From Candidatus Latescibacterota bacterium (GTDB lineage Bacteria; Latescibacterota; UBA2968; GCA-2709665), in contig OZ242180.1 in NCBI GenBank assembly GCA_965205485.1, positions 32,001 to 96,000 on the forward strand: a stretch of DNA of 64,000 nt, read 5' to 3'. This document shows, in pieces, positions 39,998-49,142 of the stretch. The notes below the pieces were generated by a model that searched no databases, was not told the DNA's origin, and saw nothing but the letters and a program-made list of their open reading frames with translations. The position numbers and the translations under genes are program-made. Each line of letters starts with the position of its first letter. Position 1 is the stretch's first letter.

Positions 39998-40582
39998 CCT
40001 CAATCCGAAAAAAGGCAACGGCAAAACTTACCACAAAAAGCACAAAAGGCACAGAAGGTATAAGCGCATAGGCGGGGCATCGAGGTCGTACAAATGGATG
40101 GAATTTCCGCTCTCGTCCAGTGACTTCAAGTATCCGGCAACTTTGACATCAATTTGCCTTTGTTCTTCTGCATATATTCGACATTCAGGTCCCAGGATAA
40201 TTTCGAATCAAGGTTAATTGAAGGACCTGGGCTGGGCGAAACATTGCCCCACCCCGGATTTTCTCACCTGGCATTATTGTCCCATATTGAAGGTCGGGGC
40301 GTCGTCTGCAAAGACGACATCGTGGAGCGAACGGCACAACTGAAGTTATCCCGATCAGTGCACGGTTCAGGGCTCGTATTTCAATTCCATGATTGACGGT
40401 TGTTCTCGCAGGTTACGGACGAGTGCTCAGGGCAGCGCCTTCGCCGACCCTTCGACAAGCTCAGGGAGCGGCTCAGGGTGCCCGGTCAATGTTGAGTACG
40501 AATGCGGGGGGAGACCCGGGATAGTTATTGACAACCTTTATCAACTGACTTAATGTACTGGACAACCCAGAGGAGGTATCAA

Positions 40583-40798
40583 ATGAATGCCCTATTCAAG
40601 TGGTGGTGCTGTCGATATTTGCTTCGGGTCGTTTGTGTTGATTGCAGCTACGACGATGGGAAAGCGTGTGTGTTCCACAAGTGTCGAGATGGAACTTACA
40701 ATCCGGGCAGGCCCGGTCTGCTCTGCGAGAAGGAAGTATGTATGAATCCTCGCAGGAAACACGGGTTACCCAAGACGGTTCAAAAGCATTATTCGTAA
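40583..40798 (+). CDS. Small Cys-rich protein (71 aa, 8 Cys)
   Basis: SD GAGGAGG, promoter-like TTGACA-N17-TAATGT (40528-40556), terminator immediately after. Confidence 0.6.
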   Translation: MNALFKWWCCRYLLRVVCVDCSYDDGKACVFHKCRDGTYNPGRPGLLCEKEVCMNPRRKHGLPKTVQKHYS

Positions 40799-40799
40799 C

Positions 40800-40836
40800 A
40801 AAAAGCCCCTGGGCAGAAAGAGTCCAGGGGCTTTTT
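40800..40836. terminator. Intrinsic terminator
   Basis: AAAAGCCCCTGG...CCAGGGGCTTTTT. Confidence 0.8.
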
Positions 40837-40926
40837 GGTCCTACTGGGTCGATGCAATTGCCCACGGTTTCCATAATGCCGCTGGTTACGGGCATGAAAT
40901 TCCTTTAGGCGATTGGCCTCCAATAG

Positions 40927-40963
40927 AAAAAACAGCAGCGCGGCGACGCGCTGCTGTTTTTTT
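40927..40963. terminator. Bidirectional intrinsic terminator
   Basis: AAAAAACAGCAGCGCG-GCGA-CGCGCTGCTGTTTTTTT. Confidence 0.8.
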
Positions 40964-41585
40964 GTCTTTGGGTTATCATCGCAGGACCGGCGTCAACGGC
41001 ATATTGATCACGGTCGAAATTGCGTTCCCCAATTGCCGTGAAAACGTGAGTGCCTGGAAGGCAAAATCACAGTTGGCAAAGGTGGGGTTTTATTTCTCTG
41101 ATTCGGAGGCAATTGATCGGAGCCGGAGCCGAAATTCCAACGCCAGATGACTGTCTGATGGATGCAAAAAAAAATCGTGGGAATCTTCGAGGTTCGTGAG
41201 AAGCAGCCTCAGAATAGGGCGAAAATAGGCGAATTTCACGAAAAAATCAACACTATGGCCGATAAAATCAATGCTAATTCAACGATCTGTTGTTATATTG
41301 AAATCTGGTGTCCTGTACCAAAAATTGCTCACCATTCGACCGCCGATTCATCCCGTCTCGCTACGTTGCTTGCGCTGCTTGCGTTGAGCTTGTCGAAACG
41401 GCTTGTCGAAGTGCCCTCGCTCGCCGACCATACGCAGATCGCAGGGAGCGGGTTGAACAAACATATCAGGGCACGGGCATGAAGGCGCCGTTTGGAAAGT
41501 ATCACCTGGCATGGGAAGAAGCAAGGATTCTACGCTCGTGCCCGAAACTATGCCGGTATTGCCCGCGTTCTTGAACGGAGGTTAC

Positions 41586-41732
41586 ATGAATACTGCGTTT
41601 CTGGTGATCAACGGGATGTTTCTGTTCTTCATCCTGCTGCAACTACTGTATATCAGCAAGACATTGAACAGGATCGGTGACGAGTTAACCGCGTTGCGGG
41701 CAAGGGTTGAAAAACATGAACAGGAATCCTAA
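41586..41732 (+). CDS. 48-aa single-TM protein with coiled-coil tail
   Basis: SD GGAGG; MNTAFLVINGMFLFFILLQLLYISK...LTALRARVEK. Confidence 0.6.
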   Translation: MNTAFLVINGMFLFFILLQLLYISKTLNRIGDELTALRARVEKHEQES

Positions 41733-41919
41733 GCATGGACGTGTATATATTTGGTTTTACGTCCCCGAAAAATTACAAATCAAGGTTTGACTCTACAAGC
41801 AGGCATTCAATTCCACGCGGTACCCAGGATCGAGCTCCTTGAGCAACCCCCTACCCGCTCAAGGGTCTGGTTTGTGGTCGGCAAATCTGGCGAGAGGAGC
41901 AAATGTCAGAGTCGCCTTT

Positions 41920-41980
41920 CCCGGGAGCGAGGGCATCCTGCCCTCGCTCCGGATACTGGTGGATCACGTCGTGATAGCGC
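41920..41980. repeat. Collapsed inverted copy of the 39360 REP element
   Basis: GGAGCGAGGGCATCCTGCCCTCGCTCC plus GTGGATCACGTCGTGATAGC (inverse of 39361-39380). Confidence 0.7.
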
Positions 41981-42026
41981 GAAGATTGCCTCCGGTCGCA
42001 GGGCGTTTGTGTGAGGCTAATCTCAC

Positions 42027-43391
42027 CTACCCCCCCAGACGATCCAGTACGTTGCGGGTGATCCGCGCCACCGGGCCGTCGTTCCTGTACAGCCCGTGCG
42101 ACCATTCCATGGTTCCCGCCGTGAAGACCGTCCCCTTGAACTCCGTCTCGTTCACCGCAATGGTGGCGTAGAACCGGTCGTGGTGAATGCCGAGGTCCGC
42201 GTTGAATCCGTGGTCTTCGGCGTCACCGATCGCGATGATCCGGTAGTGCGGGCTGATACCGTCGCTGCCCGTGAAATAGGGCTTGCCGTCCCTGAACTCG
42301 ATGTCGCCGCCGTCGCATTCCACGCCCACGATCGAGTCCTCGCGTCCGAACTCATCCCCTTCCTCCAACCCGGTCCCCTCGAACGCCCAGTGTTCCGGGC
42401 AGCTCACGCGGAAGAACCCGTACTCTTCGGTTGTCGGCGCAATGAACACGCCGGGCGTTGTCGTCTTCGCGTGGACGGCGGCCGAATACGAGACCCCGAT
42501 GGTGCGCTGGCGAAGGTTGTCGATGCCGCGCAGCAGGGACGTGTGCGGGTCCTCCGGGGTGCCAAGCGGATGCTTCTTGTACCGGGTCTTGGCGCAATAG
42601 AGCTGACGTCCGTTGCCCCGCGTCTCCACCAGGTGCGAGAACGAGTTCCCCGCCAGCACGATCAGGTTCCCGCCGCGGGCGACGAAGCGCTGAAGCTGTT
42701 CGCACTCTTCACGGCTGGTATACTCGCCATGGCCGATCCTGAGATGTGCGGCGTAGTTGTCGAGAATTTCCGGTTCCCGGTCGTGGTCCGCGTTGACGCA
42801 GTAGTCCACGGAATAACCCTCGGCGTCCAGCCACGAGGTGATGAACTGGTCCCAGGCGTAGAATCCGCCCATGATGTCCGGCTGCAGCGGCCGCTCGAAC
42901 GTCACCAGGTCGCTGTGGGTCCTATCGGTCGACAGATAGTGAAAGAGACTCTTGCCTCCCACGGGATTGTATGCGGCATAGGTATTGGTCTCTATCGTGA
43001 GAAGGACCGGCGCGGCGGGAACCCGCGGGCGAACCACGAACAGGATCTCCCGGATCCCCTGAGCGGTGGGAAAACCGGCGATGTAGACGCCGCTCTTCCA
43101 GTCGTGCGGAACCCGGAATCCCACCGTCGCGGGCCAGTCGAATCCGTCGCGATATCCGAACTCGGGAATCGGAGGAAGCGCGCCGCGCAGGTTGGCGATC
43201 TCCTTGACGAGACGCCGTCCGGCCCCTTCGTGATACACGAACACGTCGTAGTACGATCTGGAATTGGAGATATGAAATGTGATTTCGTCCCCCTGGAACA
43301 CGCTCATTGGACTGGCGTAGCCTCCCTCTCTCAGCTTCCAGTACCGGGTCGCGTCCTGTTCGTAGTGGGCGAAGATGTGCTCGCGTTTCAT
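42027..43391 (-). CDS. N,N-dimethylformamidase beta-subunit family domain protein
   Basis: DWKSGVY, TYAAYN..GGKSL, GHGEY, LAGN, GVECD, GTVFTAGTMEW. Confidence 0.75.
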   Translation of the reverse strand: MKREHIFAHYEQDATRYWKLREGGYASPMSVFQGDEITFHISNSRSYYDVFVYHEGAGRRLVKEIANLRGALPPIPEFGYRDGFDWPATVGFRVPHDWKSGVYIAGFPTAQGIREILFVVRPRVPAAPVLLTIETNTYAAYNPVGGKSLFHYLSTDRTHSDLVTFERPLQPDIMGGFYAWDQFITSWLDAEGYSVDYCVNADHDREPEILDNYAAHLRIGHGEYTSREECEQLQRFVARGGNLIVLAGNSFSHLVETRGNGRQLYCAKTRYKKHPLGTPEDPHTSLLRGIDNLRQRTIGVSYSAAVHAKTTTPGVFIAPTTEEYGFFRVSCPEHWAFEGTGLEEGDEFGREDSIVGVECDGGDIEFRDGKPYFTGSDGISPHYRIIAIGDAEDHGFNADLGIHHDRFYATIAVNETEFKGTVFTAGTMEWSHGLYRNDGPVARITRNVLDRLGG

Positions 43392-43467
43392 ATTGACTCT
43401 CTTGTGGCGGTGGATCAGGGGCCCTGGCGCGTTTTCAGAACGGCAGCGCGGTTGCTGAAACAACCTC

Positions 43468-43496
43468 TTGAGAAAGATGACTCGCCTTCGTATAAT
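43468..43496 (+). promoter_or_regulatory. Sigma70 promoter of the aap operon
   Basis: TTGAGA-N17-TATAAT. Confidence 0.65.
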
Positions 43497-43556
43497 ACTC
43501 GAAAGGCGTCCGGCGCATTTTAATGGTCAACGGAGTGTCACCGAGGTCAACCCACA

Positions 43557-44597
43557 ATGAGGAGAATGTCGATGAAACCGATCAGATTTGGTTCGCTTTT
43601 TGTTGCTCTGGCCGGATTTGCAATCACCGGACTGAGTCATGCCGGGACACTCGATGACGTACGGGCAAGAGGACACCTTCAATGCGGTATCAATACAGGA
43701 TTGGCCGGCTTTGCTTTTACTGACGACAAGGGCAACTGGAGAGGATTCGACGTTGCACTCTGTGATGCGGTTGCAGCAGCGGTATTCGGTGACGCATCGA
43801 AGGTCAAATACACCACCCTGACCGGAAAGACCCGCTTCGAGGCGCTGAAAGCAGGTGAAATTGACATACTTTCCAGAAACACGACGTGGACGTACAGTCG
43901 AGACGTTGATCTCAAACTGACTTTCATGGGCGTGAGCTTCTACGACGGACAGGGGTTTATGGTTCCCGCGTCGTTGGGTGTGTCCAGCGCAACCGAACTC
44001 GATGGCGCTTCGGTGTGTATTCAGACCGGTACGACGACGGAACTGAACCTGGCCGACTACTTCCGCCGAAACGGAATGAGCTACGAACCGGTTCCAATTG
44101 AATCGAATGAAGAAGCACGTCAGAATTACCTCAGCGGACGATGCGACGTCTATACGACAGACCGATCGGGACTTGCCGCAACCCGCGCAACACTGGACAA
44201 TCCGGATGACCACGTCGTTCTCCCGGAAATCGTATCCAAGGAACCCCTGGGGCCACTCGTTCGACACGGCGACGATGAATGGGGCGACGTGGTTCGCTGG
44301 GTACTGAACGCTCTGATCATCGCCGAAGAGAAGGGGATTACCTCAGCAAATGTCGCTGAAATGGCTGGCAAAAAAAGCAACGACGCTGAAATCAACCGAA
44401 TGCTGGGCGCTGAAGGCGAATACGGCGCAATGCTGGGATTGAGCGCTGACTGGGTTGTCAGCGTCATTTCCTCGGTTGGCAACTACGGCGAAATATTCGA
44501 AAAATACCTGGGTGTGAATACCGATATCGGACTTGAAAGAGGCGTCAATGCGCTGTGGACCGACGGCGGCCTGTTATACGCGCCTCCGTACCGCTAA
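43557..44597 (+). CDS. aapJ: General L-amino acid ABC transporter substrate-binding protein
   Basis: SRNTTWT, FYDGQGFMV, GTTTELN, SKEPLGP, LLYAPPYR. Confidence 0.92.
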   Translation: MRRMSMKPIRFGSLFVALAGFAITGLSHAGTLDDVRARGHLQCGINTGLAGFAFTDDKGNWRGFDVALCDAVAAAVFGDASKVKYTTLTGKTRFEALKAGEIDILSRNTTWTYSRDVDLKLTFMGVSFYDGQGFMVPASLGVSSATELDGASVCIQTGTTTELNLADYFRRNGMSYEPVPIESNEEARQNYLSGRCDVYTTDRSGLAATRATLDNPDDHVVLPEIVSKEPLGPLVRHGDDEWGDVVRWVLNALIIAEEKGITSANVAEMAGKKSNDAEINRMLGAEGEYGAMLGLSADWVVSVISSVGNYGEIFEKYLGVNTDIGLERGVNALWTDGGLLYAPPYR

Positions 44598-44692
44598 ATT
44601 AACCTATGTAGATGGTGTATGCAACGTGCATGCGCCGTCGTTGTTCGAGCCCCGCACAGAATCAATCCATCCACAGTAATTCCGCGTGAGCT

Positions 44693-45850
44693 ATGCTGGG
44701 AAGCCTCTGGAGTGAAAAAAAGCCCCGGCAACTGATCATTCAGATCGTTGCGATCATCGTCGTACTGTCACTGCTCGGCTTTTTCGTTCGAAATATGCTC
44801 AGCAATCTCGAACTGATTGGCAGAGACGTCAGTTACGACTTTCTGTTCACGCCATCCAACTACGACATCAATCAACACCTGATCGAATACGATTCGCGCA
44901 GCACGCATCTTCACGCGACGATAGTCGGTGTGATCAATACCGCCCTGGTCGCGTTTTTTGGGATCATACTCGCGACCTCGATCGGATTCGCCGCGGGTGT
45001 CGCGCGCCTGTCCTCGAACTTCCTGGTCAACAAGATTTCCTACGGTTTCGTTGAATTCAGCCGGAACGTTCCGGTCCTGCTCTGGATCTTGTTGTGTCAT
45101 GGTGTGATTGTTCACAACCTGCCTCACCCCAGGCAGGCCATGTCGACGTACGATGTGTTTTTTCTCTCCAATCGCGGTGTCTATTCGCCGAAACCGATTT
45201 TCGAACCTGCATTCTGGGGTGTCATTGCCGCGCTGACTGTCGCCATTGGCGGCGCCTGTTATTTTTACCGGTTCGCAAAACAGAAACAGGAACTGACCGG
45301 ACGCCAGTATCCGGTGTACTGGACCAACGTCTCGATGATCATTGCGCTTCCGCTGCTGGCGTTCTGGCTTCTCGGGTTTCCCGTTGAGTTCGAATTTCCC
45401 GCGTTTGAGAGGTTTAACTTCAAAGGCGGGTTGGTGTTGAGTCCGGAGTTTCTCGCACTGACGCTCGCGCTCGGGGTTTATACCGGGGCTTTCATCGCCG
45501 AAATTGTCAGAGCGGGCATTCTGGCCGTCAGTTACGGCCAGACCGAAGCCGCTTACGCTTTGGGCGTCAGACCGAATCTGACCATGCGGCTGATCATCTT
45601 GCCGCAGGCGCTGCGGACCATCGTCCCCCCTCTGATCAGCCAGTATCTCAATCTGACCAAAAACTCATCTCTTGCCATCGCGGTCGGGTATATGGACATC
45701 GTGGCGACCATCGGGGGCATTTCGCTGAACCAGACCGGCCGCGCACTGGAATGCATGTCCATTGTGCTGGCCGTTTATCTTTCCATCTCCCTGTCCATAT
45801 CCGCGTTTATGAACTGGTACAACAAGCGGATTTCACTGGTGGAGCGATGA
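44693..45850 (+). CDS. aapQ: Amino acid ABC transporter permease
   Basis: AFIAEIVRAGI...GQTEAA, YLNLTKNSSLA. Confidence 0.9.
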   Translation: MLGSLWSEKKPRQLIIQIVAIIVVLSLLGFFVRNMLSNLELIGRDVSYDFLFTPSNYDINQHLIEYDSRSTHLHATIVGVINTALVAFFGIILATSIGFAAGVARLSSNFLVNKISYGFVEFSRNVPVLLWILLCHGVIVHNLPHPRQAMSTYDVFFLSNRGVYSPKPIFEPAFWGVIAALTVAIGGACYFYRFAKQKQELTGRQYPVYWTNVSMIIALPLLAFWLLGFPVEFEFPAFERFNFKGGLVLSPEFLALTLALGVYTGAFIAEIVRAGILAVSYGQTEAAYALGVRPNLTMRLIILPQALRTIVPPLISQYLNLTKNSSLAIAVGYMDIVATIGGISLNQTGRALECMSIVLAVYLSISLSISAFMNWYNKRISLVER

Positions 45851-45854
45851 ACCG

Positions 45855-46973
45855 ATGACGCAGCGTTCACCCGGGCAGGATATGCAACAGGAATTGCCGC
45901 CGCCGAGGACCCAGGTTGGCGTCGCCGGCTGGATTCGCCGGAATCTGTTTTCGAGCCCGATCGATATCGCACTGACGGCGTTGTCGGTCTACCTGCTGTA
46001 CGAGATCATCCCGCCCATAGCCAACTGGATGTTCTTCGACGCGGTTTTTGCAGAAGTCGCACACCGCAGAGAGTGCCGGGAAATCGCAGGGGGCGCCTGC
46101 TGGTCCGTTGTGCGGATACGATTCGATCAGTTTATGTACGGATTCTATCCGGAGCATTTGCGCTGGCGGGTCAATCTGACGTTCGTGTTGCTCTTCGTCG
46201 CCCTGATTCCGCTGCTGGTTGACCGCGTGAGAGGGCGGAAATACTGGCTCTGGTTTACATTAATCTATCCGGTCATCGCGTTCTGCATGCTGTGGGGCGG
46301 GTGGTTCGGACTGGAGTCCGTCGAGTCATCCAGATTCGGCGGTTTCCTGCTGACAATGCTGATCGGCGTGACCGGAATCGCCGTTTCTCTTCCACTTGGA
46401 ATTGCCCTGGCGTTGGGACGTTTTTCGTCAATGCCGGTTGTCAGAACGCTCAGCATCTGGTACATCGAATTCATACGCGGAGTACCGCTGATCACGCTGC
46501 TGTTCGTCGCCTCAACGCTTTTGAACTATTTCATGCCGCCCGGTACGTATTTCGACATGTTGCTTCGCGTCATCATTATGGTGATCATCTTCTCGGCCGC
46601 ATACATCGCCGAAGTCATTCGAGGCGGTCTGGCGTCGATTCCGCAGGGACAGTTCGAAGCGGCCGACGCACTGGGTCTGAACTATGCGAAAAGCATCCGG
46701 TTGATCATATTGCCGCAAGCGCTGAAAATATCCATACCCGGTATCGTGAATACCTTCATCGGACTGTATAAAGATACGACCCTGGTCATCGTCGTCGGCC
46801 TCCTCGACCCTCTCGGAATCGGCCGCGCGGCGCTTGCCGACTCAAAATGGCAGGGATTATCGACTGAACTGTACATATTCGTCGCGATGGGTTTCTTCAT
46901 CTCCTGCTTTGCCATGTCGCGATACTCACTCTACCTCGAACGCAGACTGGACACCGGCCACAGAAACGACTAA
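45855..46973 (+). CDS. aapM: Amino acid ABC transporter permease
   Basis: [25 protein letters not shown]. Confidence 0.9.
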   Translation: MTQRSPGQDMQQELPPPRTQVGVAGWIRRNLFSSPIDIALTALSVYLLYEIIPPIANWMFFDAVFAEVAHRRECREIAGGACWSVVRIRFDQFMYGFYPEHLRWRVNLTFVLLFVALIPLLVDRVRGRKYWLWFTLIYPVIAFCMLWGGWFGLESVESSRFGGFLLTMLIGVTGIAVSLPLGIALALGRFSSMPVVRTLSIWYIEFIRGVPLITLLFVASTLLNYFMPPGTYFDMLLRVIIMVIIFSAAYIAEVIRGGLASIPQGQFEAADALGLNYAKSIRLIILPQALKISIPGIVNTFIGLYKDTTLVIVVGLLDPLGIGRAALADSKWQGLSTELYIFVAMGFFISCFAMSRYSLYLERRLDTGHRND

Positions 46974-46984
46974 AGGATTTTCGA

Positions 46985-47764
46985 ATGACTGATGACGCAA
47001 CAGACCCGGCCGCCTGCGAACGCGATGACCGGATTGCGATCGAAATTACAGGCATGCACAAGTGGTTCGGCAAGTTCCACGTCCTGAACGACATCAATCT
47101 CACCGTCGAGCGGGGAGAGATCATCGTTATCTGCGGCCCCTCGGGTTCCGGCAAATCAACGCTGATCCGCTGTATCAACCACCTGGAGGAACATCAGCGC
47201 GGGCACATCACGGTTGACGGCATATCGCTGACCGACAATCTGAAGAATATCGCGGACATCCGGCGGGAAGTTGGCATGGTGTTCCAGCAGTTCAATCTGT
47301 TTCCTCATCTTACGGTCCTGCAAAACTGCACACTGGCCCCAATCTGGGCGAGAAAGATGCCGAAACAGGAAGCCGAAGAAATCGCGATGCGGTATTTGAA
47401 ACGGGTACGAATTCCGGAACAGGCATCGAAGTATCCGGGTCAACTGTCGGGCGGTCAGCAGCAACGCGTCGCTATCGCCCGCAGCCTGTGCATGAACCCG
47501 AAGATCATGCTATTTGACGAACCGACTTCGGCGCTGGACCCGGAGATGATCAAGGAAGTGCTCGACGTTATGGTCGAACTCGCACAAAGCGGCATGACGA
47601 TGCTGGTGGTTACGCACGAAATGGGATTCGCGAAAACGGTCGCCAATCGCGTTATCTTCATGGACGAGGGGCGAATTATCGAAGAGAATAGTCCGGACGC
47701 GTTTTTCGACAATCCGCAGAATGACCGGACCAGGCTGTTCCTCAGCCAGATTCTGTCACAATAA
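46985..47764 (+). CDS. aapP: Amino acid ABC transporter ATP-binding protein
   Basis: [29 protein letters not shown]. Confidence 0.93.
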   Translation: MTDDATDPAACERDDRIAIEITGMHKWFGKFHVLNDINLTVERGEIIVICGPSGSGKSTLIRCINHLEEHQRGHITVDGISLTDNLKNIADIRREVGMVFQQFNLFPHLTVLQNCTLAPIWARKMPKQEAEEIAMRYLKRVRIPEQASKYPGQLSGGQQQRVAIARSLCMNPKIMLFDEPTSALDPEMIKEVLDVMVELAQSGMTMLVVTHEMGFAKTVANRVIFMDEGRIIEENSPDAFFDNPQNDRTRLFLSQILSQ

Positions 47765-47897
47765 TGGCGCCTGACTCAACCTGACCGTCAACCCATCGAC
47801 TTTCCCTGGAGCGGTTCCCTGACCGCCCCTAATGGCAACCGGCGGCCCAAATGGGCCGCCGGTCTGCATTCCGGAAATCTCGTTCACGCCGGTTTTC

Positions 47898-48347
47898 TCA
47901 GGTCGCGCCGTCCGCCGGGACAAGCGCGGCCATCATCTCCGCTTCCGCGACGAGGTTGTCGCCCACGAACGCCCTGCCGGCAACGCGGCATATGTTGCGC
48001 CTTCTCCTCAACACTTCCACCTCGAGCCGCAACTGATCCCCCGGCGTTACGGGACTTCTGAACCGGGCCTTATCGATACCCATGAACATAGGGATCATTC
48101 CGGACTCGTCTCCCATCAGAACGGCCGCGGTCTGCGCAAGCGCTTCCACAATCAACACACCCGGCATCACCGGACGCCCCGGGAAGTGGCCGGCGAAGAA
48201 GGGCTCGTTGGCGGAGACGTTCTTCAGCCCCACCACCCTGCGTTCCGGCTCCAGTTCCAGGACCCGGTCCACCAGGAGGAAAGGGTATCGATGCGGGAGG
48301 ATTTTCTGAATTGCTTCGACGTCGAGCACAGCCGGCTCTCCTCTCAT
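47898..48347 (-). CDS. fabZ: 3-hydroxyacyl-ACP dehydratase
   Basis: [31 protein letters not shown]. Confidence 0.95.
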   Translation of the reverse strand: MRGEPAVLDVEAIQKILPHRYPFLLVDRVLELEPERRVVGLKNVSANEPFFAGHFPGRPVMPGVLIVEALAQTAAVLMGDESGMIPMFMGIDKARFRSPVTPGDQLRLEVEVLRRRRNICRVAGRAFVGDNLVAEAEMMAALVPADGAT

Positions 48348-48360
48348 CTCCGGACGGCGG

Positions 48361-48933
48361 CTATCGTATCGGACCCGGTCGGGCCTTCTGTTCGTCTCCT
48401 GCCTCCAGGTCTTTATTCAATGCTTCAAGCACCTTCTCGGTCAGGTTGTAATCTTCGTTGAAATAGACCACTGAAGCCGCATTCAGCACGAAGTCGTACC
48501 CCTCCTCCTTGGCCACCCGGGTAATCACCTCGTTGACGCGTTTCAGCAGCGGCGTGAGCAATTCCTGTTGTTTGAGCGCAAGCTTACCACGCTCGGGATC
48601 GGTAATCTGGGCAAGAAACCGCTGTAGATCTTCCTCCTGCCTCTTGAGGGCCTGCTCCTCCTCCCGCCTCCGATTCTCCATGTACATCACCTTCTGCCGC
48701 TCGAAGGTGGTCTGCTTCTTCCTCAACTCGCTCTCGAGCTTTTTGAGTTCCTTCTGCAGTTCCCCCTCGTACTGGTTGTACTCTCTCTCGGCCTCCTGGA
48801 AGGGCTTGTACTTGGTACGAATCTCGTTCGGATCGAAAAAGGCGATCTTCGCCTGCGCATGCGCCGTGGACGCCGCGACCAGACACGCCATCAGGCCGCA
48901 CGCGGAAACCAGGAAGCGATATCTGAAGTCCAT
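48361..48933 (-). CDS. skp: Periplasmic chaperone Skp/OmpH
   Basis: Signal peptide, KIAFFD, coiled coil, [11 protein letters not shown]...LTEKVL. Confidence 0.88.
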   Translation of the reverse strand: MDFRYRFLVSACGLMACLVAASTAHAQAKIAFFDPNEIRTKYKPFQEAEREYNQYEGELQKELKKLESELRKKQTTFERQKVMYMENRRREEEQALKRQEEDLQRFLAQITDPERGKLALKQQELLTPLLKRVNEVITRVAKEEGYDFVLNAASVVYFNEDYNLTEKVLEALNKDLEAGDEQKARPGPIR

Positions 48934-49142
48934 TTTGAATCTCCCCCCAACGTTTGGAAGCTGTCTTAAAATTCCCAGCGGTCTTCGCACGGCTGCAAAA
49001 GCGCCGGTCGGCGTTGGTCAAACCCACCCGTATAGACAAATATGGGCGGATTTTCCCGTCGGCGCTGCACGCCCTTCGCGCCTCATAACCGCAACTTTTT
49101 CGCTCGTGCTCGGGAACTCACCGGTAATTTTAAAACAACTTC

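Noticed and set aside
29470..41800. Prophage or integrative element
   Set aside because: No integrase, tRNA/att site or phage genes seen; only a compositional island with IS debris.
42027..43391. DMFase-like protein as the amidase partner of nitrile hydratase
   Set aside because: 27 kb away with no linkage evidence and no alpha subunit.
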